Assembly: GCA_951406725.2 (NCBI GenBank)
Contig: OX597829.1
Location: 5,766,001-5,830,000 of the forward strand
Length of the DNA: 64,000 bases
Source of the DNA: Octopus vulgaris
Taxonomy: Eukaryota
Direction: 5' to 3'
The translations under genes and the position numbers were made by a program. Of the stretch, positions 63,457 through 64,000 are shown one piece after another. The notes under the pieces were generated by a model that saw only the letters and a list, made by a program, of their open reading frames with translations, was not told where the DNA came from and did no database searches. Every line of letters begins with the position of its first letter. The first letter of the stretch is position 1.

Positions 63457-63936
63457 GTACTTCATGTGATTTCTTTCGAATAGAAGAGAGTCTGTGATTT
63501 GTTTGCTTGAATCGAACTTAAAATCATTGCGATTTTTTCTTTTTCTTTTTTTTTTCTTACCATTTTGGACTTCGGCAAGATGAAAGGCAGTTAACCAACT
63601 CCACATCCATACCACTTACCGCCGCCTCCCACCTTCTGTTCTATCTTCTTCATGGAGGTTTTGAACTCAGACCAAGAAATGTATGACGTGTATAAAGCAG
63701 AGCAACACACTGCCGTCTCGACCCCTTATCCACCACCCACCTCCCTAATGATAAAAATAACAAATCATGATAATTGAAATCTCACGAATATTTCGTCTGT
63801 GTTCTGTGTGAGTGTGTGTGTGTGTGTGTGTGTGTACGTGTGAAAATGAAAGAGAATGAGAGAAAAAGACACAGACACATACGCATCCAGACACACGCAC
63901 ACATATATACACATACATATATATATGCACATATAT

Positions 63937-63980
<44 letters not shown>

Positions 63981-64000
63981 GCATTGATAAAGAGAGTGAG

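Overview
AT-rich eukaryotic non-coding DNA, most consistent with an octopus (coleoid cephalopod) genome; this is inferred from recalled SINE families and the extreme microsatellite load. No intact protein-coding gene, rRNA, tRNA gene or CRISPR array is supportable, and almost all listed ORFs are translations of (TA)n, (CA)n, (TATC)n, (TATG)n, (AAT)n and (CTA)n repeats. Between the microsatellites lie three tRNA-derived SINE families (many copies), decayed LINE fragments (CR1-like, L1/Tx1-like, R4/Dong-like, RTE-like) and a pogo/Tigger-like MITE. The main unexplained signal is a dense set of type I hammerhead ribozyme (HHR) motifs from many sequence-unrelated families: CUGANGA...GAAA core, palindromic stem III, usually within or next to (TA)n tracts. 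Near-canonical folds lie at about 15.8, 19.9, 22.9/23.1, 37.3 and 50.4 kb. Several HHRs sit in long inverted repeats that share one geometry (minus-strand HHR on the left arm, plus-strand HHR on the right). These are best read as ends of Penelope-like retroelements or related non-autonomous ribozyme elements. All folds and family calls were made by eye; no computation or database search was run.
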